Assembly: GCA_963813715.1 (NCBI GenBank)
Contig: CAWFAK010000008.1
Span: forward strand, 576,001-640,000
Reading direction: 5' to 3'
Length of the DNA: 64,000 nucleotides
Source: an uncultured Planctomycetaceae bacterium
Lineage (GTDB): Bacteria > Planctomycetota > Planctomycetia > Planctomycetales > Planctomycetaceae
The position numbers were made by a program, and so were the translations under genes. How positions within the stretch are numbered: position 1 is the stretch's first letter; every line of letters begins with the position of its first letter. Under the pieces are notes generated by a model. That model made no database searches, was not told the DNA's origin, and worked only from the letters and a program-made list of their open reading frames with translations. Shown here piece after piece: positions 52,647-62,677 of this stretch.

Positions 52647-53850
52647 TCAGGGAACGCTCGGCGACGAGCTGCCCGATTTGGGCCCGAGCACGACCGCGCC
52701 ATTTGCGAAGCGAAACGTCAGTCCGTGCGGATCGAGCAGTCTGCGCAGAAACTCGGCCGCCGGCAATCGTGGCAGATCGACGGACACCTTGCGGTCCAGA
52801 TCGATGCCCGCGTTCCGCAGTTCTTTCGCGTTGTATTCGAGCGGCAGGCCCTGCTTCTTCAGTTCCTCGAACAGTTCTTGCAGGCTGACGCCCTCGGCCT
52901 GCAGCTTGAACGCTTCCTTCTCGACGGGCAGCGCCGACTTCTTGATCAGCGTCGGCTGAGCATTCTTGGGAGCGCGGAGTGCGGCGGCCACCATCTCATG
53001 CTGCTCGAGTGTACCGCGGACGACGAGCTTGTTGCCGTGAGCTGTCGCGTCGAGCCCCTCGATCAACGAGTGCAACATCCGTAATGTTTGGGGCGCCGAC
53101 TTGCCGCGGAGTGTGTAAGTCCGCTCGACCGCGACGTGTTCCGGCACATGGACCAGGCGCACGCCGGATTCGCGGGGCAGCCATTCGAAGGTCAGGTCGA
53201 ACTGGTTGAGTACCAGCGAGAGGGCCTCCGACGCGGTCGCCTCGGGGATCGTGGCGCCGGCCCACAGATCGTGCGGAATTTGTTCAAGGCCCGCGATCGA
53301 CAGGCCGAATTGCCGGCCGATGCGGGATACGATGTCGCTCGGGCGATCGAAGTCGCCCCACGTCACCGTGCTCCGGTGCCCGCGCAGCTTGGGAGAGCAC
53401 TTCGGTGCCCACCGCCGCCCGCTCCAATTCCCGCTCGCGGAGCGCGATTACCGTCCGCAGCCGCAGCACGGGGACGGACGGGGCGACGATCAGACAATTG
53501 CCGACCTGGGTGACGCCGAGCTGGATCGACTGGGCAATTTCGTTGACGGCGGCCCGTAGCGGGCGGTCGCCCGTTTCGATCTGCAGTTCTTGCTCGGGAT
53601 CGACCCGCCGGTCCAGCAGGATGGCGATTTGCCGCTCGTGGGAGAGCCGCCGCAAAATCGCCCGGAGCGGCACACCTTTCCAGGACCCCGAAATCGGCTG
53701 CTCGAGGGCCGTCGTGAAGCGGCGAGCGGTCCGATAGTGCGTGGGGAGCGGGTCCGGGAAGAGACTCGTCGGCGCCTCGCTGGGGGCAGCGGCAGCGGAC
53801 GCCCACAGGCAAGCGCAGAGCGTCATTTGCCTGTAAAAAGTGGATCGCAT
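52647..53850 (-). CDS. Hypothetical secreted protein with secretin/STN-like repeats; frameshift near 53390
   Basis: Signal-like N-terminus; W...PLR..L..L....I.LDRRVDP; repeated L..LF..L, L..LL.P.GLTF. Confidence 0.6.
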
Positions 53851-53890
53851 GGTTATTCCGTCGCCCAGGACTTCGCAATACAATGGTAGC

Positions 53891-55921
53891 ATGCCCGAGC
53901 AGACAGGTCCTACGCAGGCGGTTCAGGCGGTCGGCATCGACCTGGGAACGACCTATTCGGTCGTGTCCCATCTCAACGAAAGCGGCGAACCGGTCACCAT
54001 CCCCAATCAGGAAGGGGAACTGGCGACGCCGTCGGTCGTGCTGTTCGAGGGAGAGCAGCCGATCGTCGGCACCGAAGCGCTGCGAAATTCGATCCGCTTT
54101 CCGGATCGCGTGGTCGAAAACTCCAAGCGCTTCATGGGTGACGTCGGCAAGCGCTGGTGGATCAACGGCCGCCCCTATGGGCCCGTCGACATCGCCACGC
54201 TGATTCTCAAGAAACTGGTCTCGGCCGCGCAAGATAAGATCGGTCAGATCTCGCAGGCCGTCATCACGGTCCCCGCGCAGTTCAGCGACGCGCAGCGGCA
54301 CGCCACGATTCAAGCCGGCCACGCAGCCGGTCTGGAGCGGGTCGACGTCATCAACGAGCCGGTGGCCGCGGCGCTCTGCTACGTGCTGGGGAGCGAAGGA
54401 CTCTGGTTTAGCGAGCTGGCGGGTGAGCAGCGGATTCTCGTCTACGATCTGGGCGGCGGCACGTTCGACCTGTCGCTCGTCCGCTATCGCCAGGACGAGG
54501 TCACCGTCATCGCCAGCAGCGGCGATCTGCATCTGGGCGGCATCAATTGGAACGAAGCGCTCGTCGATGCGATTGCCGGCCAGTTCGCCAAGTCGTTTCG
54601 CGACGATCCGCGCACTAATCCGGAAAGCCTGCAGGCCCTGGCGCTCGAAGTCGAGCAGGCCAAGCGCGGACTATCGGTGCGTCCCCGCGCCGCGTTGACC
54701 TGCAACCACGGCGGCCACCGCAAGACGTATCAGGTGGAGCTCGAGCAGTTCCAGCGATTGACCAAGCCGCTCGTCGATCGCACCGAAGAAATCACGCTCA
54801 AGCTGCTCAAGGACAACAAGCTCGGCTGGGCCCACGTCGACGTGGTGCTGGTCACGGGCGGCGCCTCCCGCATGCCGATGATCCGCGGGCGGCTCAAACA
54901 ACTGAGCGGCCGCACGCTGAATACCACGCTCTCGCCGGACCTGTCGATCGCCCACGGCGCGACGTACTACGCCGGCATGCTGCTCGCGAACGACAAGTTC
55001 GCGCGCTCGATCCTCACGGAGGATGCCAACCGCCGCCTGGCGAAGGTGAAGCAACAAAGCGTCAACGCGCGCGAGCTCGGCATCTTGATTCGCGACATGA
55101 AGACACAGACCCGCGTGCCCCATTATCTGATTCCGGCCAACACGCCGCTGCCGACCGAATCGACGCAGCAGTTCGGCACGGTGGTCGAGAATCAGCGGCG
55201 CGTGCACCTGGTGATCGTGGAGAGCGGCACGTCGCCCGATCAGCCGTACGTGGTGCTGGGCGACTGCCGGGTCGACGGACTGCCGCCCAACCTGCCGGAG
55301 GGCTCCAAGATCGACGTGACGATCAGTTACGACCCGCAGGCCACAGTGCACGTATCGGCCAAAGATGCGGCCAGCGGCAAGTCGGCGCACACGGAGATTT
55401 TGCGACAGGAGAATATCGTCGCCCAATTGACGTCGGACCCGCGGGTGGCCAGCTCGGATTCGGTCGTGCTGGCGGAGGCAAATCCCAATCCGTTCAAGAA
55501 AACGGGGCCGGGCGCGACCGGGGTCCGCGTCCCCGACCTGGCGAACGATCGCTGGGAGGCGTTCTTCGATCAGACGCCGTCCAAGCCCATTCCGGTGTGT
55601 CACGAGTGCGGACGTCCGCTCGACGAGAAGGGGATATGTCCCACCTGCGCGGCGGCCGCCCTGGCGAAGAGCAAGCCCGTTCCAGCGGAAAAGTCACCCG
55701 TGGCCAAATCCCCCGCAGACCGAACGCCGAGCCGTCCGCAGCCCGGTGCACGAACTGCGGGCGTGAGGCCGGCTCCCAAGCCGCCGACGCAGGAAATGGT
55801 CAAACCTCCGTCCGCCCAACCGCAGCGCAAGCCGCCGTCTCCCGAGCGGCCTAAGCGCAAGCCGTCGTCGGCCCCGCAAGATGAGGGCGAAGACGAATTC
55901 TGGAAGTACGTCGGCGAGTGA
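53891..55921 (+). CDS. Hsp70-family protein (non-canonical DnaK paralogue)
   Basis: GIDLGTT, TVPAQF, INEP.AAA, DLGGGTFD, GGASRMP; no DnaK helical lid. Confidence 0.92.
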   Translation: MPEQTGPTQAVQAVGIDLGTTYSVVSHLNESGEPVTIPNQEGELATPSVVLFEGEQPIVGTEALRNSIRFPDRVVENSKRFMGDVGKRWWINGRPYGPVDIATLILKKLVSAAQDKIGQISQAVITVPAQFSDAQRHATIQAGHAAGLERVDVINEPVAAALCYVLGSEGLWFSELAGEQRILVYDLGGGTFDLSLVRYRQDEVTVIASSGDLHLGGINWNEALVDAIAGQFAKSFRDDPRTNPESLQALALEVEQAKRGLSVRPRAALTCNHGGHRKTYQVELEQFQRLTKPLVDRTEEITLKLLKDNKLGWAHVDVVLVTGGASRMPMIRGRLKQLSGRTLNTTLSPDLSIAHGATYYAGMLLANDKFARSILTEDANRRLAKVKQQSVNARELGILIRDMKTQTRVPHYLIPANTPLPTESTQQFGTVVENQRRVHLVIVESGTSPDQPYVVLGDCRVDGLPPNLPEGSKIDVTISYDPQATVHVSAKDAASGKSAHTEILRQENIVAQLTSDPRVASSDSVVLAEANPNPFKKTGPGATGVRVPDLANDRWEAFFDQTPSKPIPVCHECGRPLDEKGICPTCAAAALAKSKPVPAEKSPVAKSPADRTPSRPQPGARTAGVRPAPKPPTQEMVKPPSAQPQRKPPSPERPKRKPSSAPQDEGEDEFWKYVGE

Positions 55922-55955
55922 GCGGGCCACCGGTTGCGGGCAAACCGGGCGGCGA

Positions 55956-56129
55956 TCATTTCGTGGCGGGAGCCGTCGTGGGAGGCGTGGCCGGCTTGTC
56001 GCCCGGTTTAGCTGGGGCTCCGAGGTCAGATTTCGGCACCTCTGGGGGCTTCGGCTTCGCCGCTTCCTCACACCCGATCGCGATCGCTCCGAGACAGATC
56101 GTCAGAGCCACTGCCAATGTCTTTCGCAT
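55956..56129 (-). CDS. Small Pro/Lys-rich lipoprotein (57 aa)
   Basis: MRKTLAVALTICLGAIAIGC lipobox; AAGGAG RBS. Confidence 0.7.
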   Translation of the reverse strand: MRKTLAVALTICLGAIAIGCEEAAKPKPPEVPKSDLGAPAKPGDKPATPPTTAPATK

Positions 56130-56515
56130 GATTTGAAGCTCCTTCTGCGTTGCCCGAGTGTTGGCCAGTCCGGAGACGCCGGAGTTTCCTCGCGTTTCTT
56201 GCAAGTGGCGAGGTCCGAGCTGTCCCAAGATTAAACGAACTGTAACGAACAAAGAGTAAGACCGCGGTCGGGCGGACTTATTCCCCGAATCTTCTCTGGT
56301 CGACCGAAGCTGCCCGTCCGACGAAATTGCCTGTCTGACGGAAGTTCACTGTCGTGACGAGAGATGTTGCCGGTCTATCCGACGATCGCTCCCATTCCGG
56401 CCGAAACTTGCGGATTCTCCCGATTGGGCACAGACTCAAAGCGCGGAGGGATCCGACCCGCCGACCGCCGCGATCGAGTTTCCTGCTCATAAGGGGACTC
56501 CTTGCATGCGGCTGC

Positions 56516-56545
56516 GGGAATAAACCGGCCCGCTGGGATGTCCTA
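56516..56545 (+). promoter_or_regulatory. Possible ECF-type promoter upstream of the sigma gene
   Basis: GGGAATAAAC...TGTCCTA resembles GGAA/GTC ECF promoter elements. Confidence 0.3.
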
Positions 56546-56563
56546 GAGTTGTGAGGTTTCGCT

Positions 56564-57076
56564 ATGGACGACAGTCGATCCACTCCGAGCCTATCGGAGT
56601 TGGCCCGTCTGCATTACGCGCTAGTTTACCGCTACGCGTATCGTCTTTGCGGCTCGGCCGAAGAGGCGGAAGACCTGACGCAGCAAGCATTTCTCACGGC
56701 CCATCGGCGGTTGCATCAGCTTCGTGACCCGCAGTCCGCCAAGTCGTGGTTGTGCGCGATCGTGCGAAACACGTTCCTCACGCGTGTTTCGGCCCAGCGG
56801 GGCGCCCGGATGGTCCCGCTGCACGGCTACTGGGATCCGGTCCGGGAAGAAACGCCGTCGGCGAATTTTGACTCGAACGACCTGCAGCAGGTGCTCAACG
56901 AGCTCCCGGAGGAATTTCGAGCTCCACTGGTCTTGTACTACTTTGAAGAGTTCAGCTACAGGCAAATCGCCGACCAACTCGGCGTGCCGATCGGCACGGT
57001 GATGAGCCGGCTGGCTCGGGCCAAAACGCATCTCCGACGGCGGTTGGAGGCGCTGCAATCCGCTCCGGCGCGCTAG
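56564..57076 (+). CDS. ECF RNA polymerase sigma factor
   Basis: AEDLTQQAF, KSWL..I.RN, LPEEFR, SY.QIA..LGVPIGTVMSRL.RA. Confidence 0.95.
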   Translation: MDDSRSTPSLSELARLHYALVYRYAYRLCGSAEEAEDLTQQAFLTAHRRLHQLRDPQSAKSWLCAIVRNTFLTRVSAQRGARMVPLHGYWDPVREETPSANFDSNDLQQVLNELPEEFRAPLVLYYFEEFSYRQIADQLGVPIGTVMSRLARAKTHLRRRLEALQSAPAR

Positions 57077-57091
57077 TCGGACGGTGCTAAG

Positions 57092-58033
57092 GTGGGCATG
57101 ATGGACTGTCGACAGGCTCTGCAAATCCTCGAATTCGACGTGCCAGACGCGGACGGTCTGCCGGAGGAGATCTGTTCGGCGGAGGAACACGCGGCCGCCG
57201 TGGCGCATCTCGAGAGCTGCCCGGCGTGTGCTCGCACGGTGCGCAATCGCCGCGAGCTCGATCGCACGATTGGCCGCGTAATGCGGACCGTGGCGATCCC
57301 CCGCGGAGCCCAGCAGCGGCTGCTCGCACAAATCGCGGAACTCGAAGCGGCTGGGACGATCGCCTCAACCACGGCGAACGATCACGGCTCGTCTGACGCG
57401 AACGATGGCATCGCAGCCGGAGCGGGGCGGTCGCCCGCCGTGGACAGCGAAGTGCCGTCGATCATTCCCGCGAAGCCGCTGAGCCGACCCACGCGGCGGC
57501 GATTCCTCAAGAGCCTGATTCCATTGACAGCTTCGGCCGTGGCGCTCACCGGGTTCTTCGGCGTCGTTTGGTTCTTCTCGCCGCGGTGGAGCGTTGCTGA
57601 AGTTTCTCAATCGCTGACCGAGATCGACTTCGCCTCGCTTCAGGCTCTGCCGAACTTCACCGGCGGTGGTAAAGCGACGCAACTTCCGGGCGAGGCAGGC
57701 TGGGAACACCTCAAGTGGCAATGCGACAAGCAGGCCAAGGGGCTGCCCCTGGCCGCGAACGTGATTGCGGTCTACGGATTTGACGTCCGTACGCGGCAAC
57801 CCGAACCGATTCAGGGACTGATTGCCGTCATCCCGCGGAATCGCGTGCGCAATCCGCCGGCCGAAACGTCGTTGACCATGGCCGTGCCGACCAGCGGCTA
57901 CCTGACGGCGCGAATTGGGGAATCGGTCTGCGTGGCCTGGCAGGAAGGCGACTACGTCTACGTCTGCCTGGTGCGAGGCGGACCCGATTCGTTGTCGAGG
58001 CTACAGCAAGCCCTCGAGCAGCCAGCGGCCTAG
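57092..58033 (+). CDS. Zinc-finger (ZAS/zf-HC2) membrane anti-sigma factor
   Basis: HLESCPAC (HxxxCxxC), single TM, directly downstream of the ECF sigma. Confidence 0.85.
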   Translation: MGMMDCRQALQILEFDVPDADGLPEEICSAEEHAAAVAHLESCPACARTVRNRRELDRTIGRVMRTVAIPRGAQQRLLAQIAELEAAGTIASTTANDHGSSDANDGIAAGAGRSPAVDSEVPSIIPAKPLSRPTRRRFLKSLIPLTASAVALTGFFGVVWFFSPRWSVAEVSQSLTEIDFASLQALPNFTGGGKATQLPGEAGWEHLKWQCDKQAKGLPLAANVIAVYGFDVRTRQPEPIQGLIAVIPRNRVRNPPAETSLTMAVPTSGYLTARIGESVCVAWQEGDYVYVCLVRGGPDSLSRLQQALEQPAA

Positions 58034-58194
58034 CCGACCGTGCTTCCGCCGCAGCTTGGTTTTCGCGGCCGTCTCCCGCCTTGTCGGCCCGCAGCTGGCA
58101 AATTTCGCCTAAACTCTCTGACCGGCAGGACCGATACAGATGATACGGCGTTCGTTCGGGGCGCCGATTGACGGCGGCTTGGCAGGAGGCACAC

Positions 58195-58521
58195 ATGCGG
58201 ACGCTGATGATCGGACTGGGACTTTCGGCGATCGTGTCCTGCGGCAACATGGCCCAGGCGCAGTCGCCCGGTCAGCAGCTTTACGAAAAGGACGAAGCGC
58301 GGGCCGCCGTCCACCAGGCGACCCCCGCCGAGCGTGTGCACGAACGCGCCGCCGAGGAAGCCAAGGCACGACTGAGCCGGATCGAGTACCGGCACGCCAT
58401 GGGCATTTCGCCGCAACGGCCGACGATGTATGCGCAGCCGTTGCACCAGAACGTGCTTTACGTCGCGCCCTGGGGCATGTACGGAGCCTGTCCGGTACCG
58501 TACGCCGTCTGGGTGCCGTGA
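58195..58521 (+). CDS. Hypothetical secreted protein
   Basis: AGGAGG RBS; signal peptide ending AQA. Confidence 0.65.
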   Translation: MRTLMIGLGLSAIVSCGNMAQAQSPGQQLYEKDEARAAVHQATPAERVHERAAEEAKARLSRIEYRHAMGISPQRPTMYAQPLHQNVLYVAPWGMYGACPVPYAVWVP

Positions 58522-58621
58522 TTCCGGGTTCCGGGATTCCGCGACGGAACGGCTGACGCGCGCTCTCAGAGCGAACGAACCCGCCATGCACTGAGTCCGA
58601 CGCAACCAGTGTCGAATTCGG

Positions 58622-60247
58622 TCAGAGGACCGATTTGACCTTGGCCAGGAAGTCGGCGTTGGTGGGGAACCGCTGCAGCGTCTTGATGAGCTGCTCCATC
58701 GCTTCAACCGGGCTCATCGCCACCAGGCTGCGACGCAACATCACGATGCTCTCGAGCGCTTCGGGAGGCAGAATTTTCTCCTCGCGACGCGTGCCGGACA
58801 GGGTGATGTCGATCGACGGCCAGATGCGGCGGTCGGCCAGGTCCCGGCTGAGCACCATTTCCATGTTGCCCGTGCCTTTGAACTCCTGAAAGATCACCTC
58901 GTCCATGCGGCTGCCGGTGTCGATCAAGGCGGTGGCCGCCACAGTGAGCGAGCCGCCTTCGTCGAAGCGGCGGGCCGTTCCGAACATTTTCTTCGGAATG
59001 TCCATCGCCTTGACGTCGAGACCGCCGGACATCGTGCGGCCGGTGTTGCCGACCCACTTGTTGAAGGCCCGCGCGGTTCGCGTGATGCTGTCCAAGAGCA
59101 CGAAAACGTCGCGTCCCGACTCGGAAATTCGCTTGGCCCGCTCCATGATGAGCTGGCTGGTGCGAACGTGGCTTTCGACGTCGCGGTCCATCGAAGAGGC
59201 GATGACTTCGCCGCGCACGTTACGGCGCATTTCGGTCACTTCCTCAGGACGCTCGTCGATCAGCAGCACGATCAGGTGCACTTCCGGGTGATTGCGGCTG
59301 ACCGAGTCGGCAATCTGCTGCAGCAGAATCGTTTTGCCGGTCCGCGGCGGGGCCACGATCAGCGCCCGCTGACCCTTGCCGATCGGCGTGAGCAGGTCCA
59401 TGACCCGCATGCTGATCGGCTGCGGCCCCGTCTCGAGCTTGATGTGCTCGAACGGATTGATGGCCGTCAGTCTCGTCGAAATGCTTGATCTTGGCGATAT
59501 TCCTCGAGCGTGCGGCCGTCGACCGATTCGATCGATCCGCAAACGCGGGACCTTGCGAATTGGTGCCGGGGCCCGACGTCGCCGTGAATCAGCACACCCG
59601 GTCGCAGCTGATATTTCTCGATCAGCGAGCTGGAAACGAACGGGTCGGTTTCCTGGGCGGCATAGTCGCGCTTGATGTCGCGCAAGAAGCCGTAACCCTT
59701 GGGATGCAGCTCGAGCACGCCCTCAGCCGCGCCGGACACTTCCTGGCCGTTCGTGCGAACGGCCGGGCCGGAACGCATCTGGTTTTGCTGCATCGGCCGG
59801 GGGCCTCGGGGGCGATTGTTGCGGTTCTGGTGGTGCGGGAAATGACCGCCCCGTGGGCCACCGCCGCCGCCGCGATGCTGCTGGCTGGGTCCCTGGTCGT
59901 TGTAGCCACCCTCGTTCGGCCGACGACGACGTCGACGACGCCGACGGCGACGGGGCATTCCATTGGCGTCGTAATCGCCGCCTCCGCCTCCCCCACCGCC
60001 TCCGCTGTAGTGAGGCCGGTCGCCCCCTTGCGGGGCTGGGCCCGCCGAATCGACATCTGCTTCGGCAATATCGGGCTCGAAGTCGTCGGAGTGGTTGTCC
60101 CACGGCTTGACGGGATCATCCACGCCTGCGCCGAAGTCGTCCTCGTGGGACGGGGTTTCCTGGACGGGCTGTTCTTCCACAACTTCCGGCGCGGCGCGGC
60201 GTCCGGCGACGTCCCCTGGAGGGGGAACCGGAACTTTGTTCGGTCAT
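58622..60247 (-). CDS. rho: Transcription termination factor Rho with long N-terminal extension; frameshifts near 59470-59560 and 60190
   Basis: GYGFLR, PIGKGQRALIVAPPRTGKT, LIDERPEEVT, DTGSRMDEVIFQEFKGTGN, SGTRREE. Confidence 0.95.
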
Positions 60248-61142
60248 TCGCAAATCCAAAGAGAAAGGTTCGGCCAATTTCCTAGGCCGAAAAAACAGGG
60301 GCATCTCGAGTCCATCCGGTTCGCACCAGACATCGACCCAAGGAACAAGTTTCCATCGAGACCGATCGTTTCCGGATTCAATTCAATGACCGGAAACAAC
60401 CCTCAGGCCCGCGCGAATTCTTGCGGTGGGACGCAATTTGAGGATCGCAAACGTGACCCTGAATCGGCGACGCCGAGTCGGCCTGGTTGGCGTTGATCCT
60501 TCGACCAAAGCACGTGGCCTTGATCGTCCGAGCAATGCAAAAAGGCTGCCAGCGAGCGCTCAAATTCTTCGCTATCCCCACGCGCTCTCGTCTCGCGTGA
60601 TCGCAGAAAACTGCTTTTGCGGCCGCCCGGAACTTTAAAACTGGCGGCACGCACTGCTTATTTCGTGCTGACGATTGGGCATCGTCTGTCGCAATTCGGG
60701 CGGATGGGATCCGCCGGATTGCCGGTATTCCGGGTCGGGCCGCTGGTTCGGCTGACCCGCGTGCCTCGAAACAGTGCCGGACGGTTCTGGATCCCTACAA
60801 TCCGACCGTGCGAGCGAGCCGATTCGAGGCAGCAATCGTCCGGCAGTGTGCGCCGGACCTTGTCTTTTCCAAACGAGTCCATCGAGAAAAACGGGCCGCC
60901 CTGACACCGCGATTCCCGCACGTGCAATCTGGGCTCAGAAAGCCGAGGAAGGCACGTATTGGGCTGACGGATTCGTCACTTAGCCCGAAAGCCAAAACGG
61001 TGGGCCACCGTGACGCGAACTTCCACAAGCGGGGAAGTCACTTAGCCGGTGAGTCGCTGCCTTTTGGTTGCTCGTTCCGCAGAAGTCATCGGGGGAAAAA
61101 GCAAACAGTTCTAGGAGGCCAGCGGGCTCCAATGCTGCCCCT

Positions 61143-61170
61143 ATCATAGCTTCTGGCGGGTTTGTGTCAA
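61143..61170 (-). promoter_or_regulatory. Near-consensus sigma70 promoter pointing toward rho
   Basis: TTGACA-16 bp-TATGAT. Confidence 0.65.
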
Positions 61171-61299
61171 TTCATTCTCTTTTGACGCCTGCGAAGAAAT
61201 CGCCGAATCCGAGCCGGTCGTGCGGAACGTCCCGTAACAGGCCTCCCAACGTCCGTCACTCACATGGCTTCTGCCACGGCCAGGCGACCGGCGGCGGCG

Positions 61300-62295
61300 C
61301 TAGTCCAGACGCTTGCCCTGCAGGTCGTCGATGTTCAAAACGTGCTTGGTTCTCACGAACCGATCGGGATCTTCGCGGAAGGTTTGCCGCGACTTTTCAC
61401 TGACGAACAGGTACAGCTCGCCGTCGAAGAACGCGGCATAACGGATGTCTCCGGAGACCGCGCGGTCCGCAATATCCAGGATCACCGGATCGCAGCCGAG
61501 GACCTGCGGAGCGTAGCGATCGGGGCCGTCTTTGAACAGCTGCAATTCCTCGGCCGACGTCATGTAGTACGTGACCCCTTTGTGCTCGTACTTCCAATGA
61601 TCGTCACCCCGCATCCATTTGCGGTCGCCCACCAGCGCGACCGGGCTGAACCCACGGAGGCCGAGCGACGCACCCGCATGCCGTAGCGGGCCGGGATGTC
61701 CCACGCCCGGCGGGGACGCGGACGCAATCATCGGTCGATCTTCGATTGTGCGTCGGACCGGATTGGGAGCGATGGGGGCTGGAGTCGGCCGAGATAGGGG
61801 CGCCGGTTCGCGAAGGGCGGGCTTGGACTGCATCGCGATATGGGTCTTATGCGTCTGGGCGAATCGCGAGTCGATCCGCGCGATCAGCGAAACATAACGC
61901 TCGCGATCCCGCATCCCCGACGAGCGGTCCATCACGAAGCCGCTGGGGTCGAGGAAAATGTCCGTCGGCAGCGATTCGACGCCGAACCGTTGAATCAGGT
62001 CGGGGCGCTCATCGGCGTCAACTTTGACGGCGACGACGGACACGTCGAGTTGCCGGAGCACCGACGGATCGCCGAGGACGTCGCGGTTCATGATCTGGCA
62101 GGGACCGCACCATTTCGCGTGGAAGTGCACGAGCAGCGGCCGGTTGAGCCGCCGGGCTTCGGTTTCGGCCGAGCGAAAATCATGTTTCCAGGTCGGCGAG
62201 CCGTATTCCGTCCCCACGGCGAACGAGGTGGCCGTGGACACTGCGCAAAAGAAGACACTCCAGAATTTGAGAGACTGCATTCGCAGCGCCTTCAT
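61300..62295 (-). CDS. Secreted thioredoxin-family protein with C-terminal YHS-like domain
   Basis: Signal peptide, FHAKWCGPC, SLPTD; LRGFSPV.L, Y.F.S......F..DP.RY/F repeats. Confidence 0.85.
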   Translation of the reverse strand: MKALRMQSLKFWSVFFCAVSTATSFAVGTEYGSPTWKHDFRSAETEARRLNRPLLVHFHAKWCGPCQIMNRDVLGDPSVLRQLDVSVVAVKVDADERPDLIQRFGVESLPTDIFLDPSGFVMDRSSGMRDRERYVSLIARIDSRFAQTHKTHIAMQSKPALREPAPLSRPTPAPIAPNPVRRTIEDRPMIASASPPGVGHPGPLRHAGASLGLRGFSPVALVGDRKWMRGDDHWKYEHKGVTYYMTSAEELQLFKDGPDRYAPQVLGCDPVILDIADRAVSGDIRYAAFFDGELYLFVSEKSRQTFREDPDRFVRTKHVLNIDDLQGKRLD

Positions 62296-62677
62296 GAAGC
62301 AGAGATTTCGAGTGAACTTCGCCCCAGGACGAACGGCAGGCCGTCGGAATGGACGCCAAGAAACCGCCGAAGGGAGAGCTGGGCGGGCCCGCTACGACCG
62401 GGACGATTTGGCTCTATCTCTAGTATCGAACCGATTCCCTGCGGCAGATGCTGCCAGTGGGGTGGGTCGGACCAAATCTGGTCGGAGACTTTAGGGCAAA
62501 TTCGGCACTTGACGGCGCGAAATGTCAAAGCCGAGAAGAGTTGGCGGATTTTCCGTGCGAAGGGGCGCCGGCGCTGCGTTTGCCGGACGCGGTCAGTGGC
62601 GAGCTAGACCGGCGTGTCGCGGGGAACCGGAGAACCGATCGTACGGCTGCAGCCTGCAGGAAGGGGTCGCTCGCGGG

